Shown: in pieces, positions 63,854 through 64,000 of the stretch
Layout: every line of letters begins with the position of its first letter
How positions within the stretch are numbered: position 1 is the stretch's first letter
DNA from: Syntrophales bacterium
Lineage (GTDB): Bacteria > Desulfobacterota > Syntrophia > Syntrophales > PHBD01
NCBI GenBank assembly: GCA_963668175.1
Contig: OY764159.1
Coordinates: forward strand, 224,001-288,000
DNA length: 64,000 nucleotides
Reading direction: 5' to 3'
Translations under genes and position numbers: made by a program
Notes under the pieces: generated by a model
Told to the model about the DNA's origin: nothing
Database searches by the model: none
What the model saw: only the letters and a program-made list of their open reading frames with translations

Positions 63854-64000
63854 TTTTACTGCAATTTCCAGGAAGCACCTGTAGTGGCTATATCGGGGGC
63901 AAGAAGAGATTGGGGGATCAGGAAACTTCTCATGCGGGAAGGAACATAGACCAATATCCACATATCATCCTTACCACAGGCTCCCCGCCTGCCGACCACC

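Overview
The window has two parts. (1) Positions 1-8544 are a lower-GC accessory segment abutting the 3' end of a tRNA-Sec (selC) gene; its left edge lies outside the window. It carries a small serine recombinase, an excisionase-like HTH protein, phage-like orphan genes (including a Gly/Ala-rich, ejection-protein-like ORF), two lipoproteins, a large orphan membrane protein and several short direct-repeat clusters resembling integrase arm sites. I read it as an integrated element, possibly a phage satellite or prophage remnant. (2) Positions 8545-64000 are GC-rich core genome of an anaerobic deltaproteobacterium (gene content and order suggest Syntrophales; inference). This part holds tRNA-Sec, tRNA-Phe, prmA-rsmE, a siroheme-dependent (Ahb) haem operon, polA, an isovalerate/leucine-type carboxyltransferase operon lacking biotin carboxylase, mazG, queA-tgt-yajC-secDF, lepB, a PyrR-attenuated pyrR-pyrB-pyrC-recO operon, glyQS, aconitase-icd-rlmN, pyrG and a divergent mtnA. 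The best candidate for an undescribed system is the five-gene operon at 48892-55993: GAF-fused PilB/GspE ATPase, CHASE2 Ser/Thr kinase, PP2C phosphatase, double-FHA protein and OmpA/MotB lipoprotein. It looks like a threonine-phosphorylation switch wired to a type IV filament motor. Other notable points are a probable ATC start codon for hemC and a ~140-nt structured leader upstream of the carboxyltransferase operon. All calls come from motif recognition by eye; no database searches were run.
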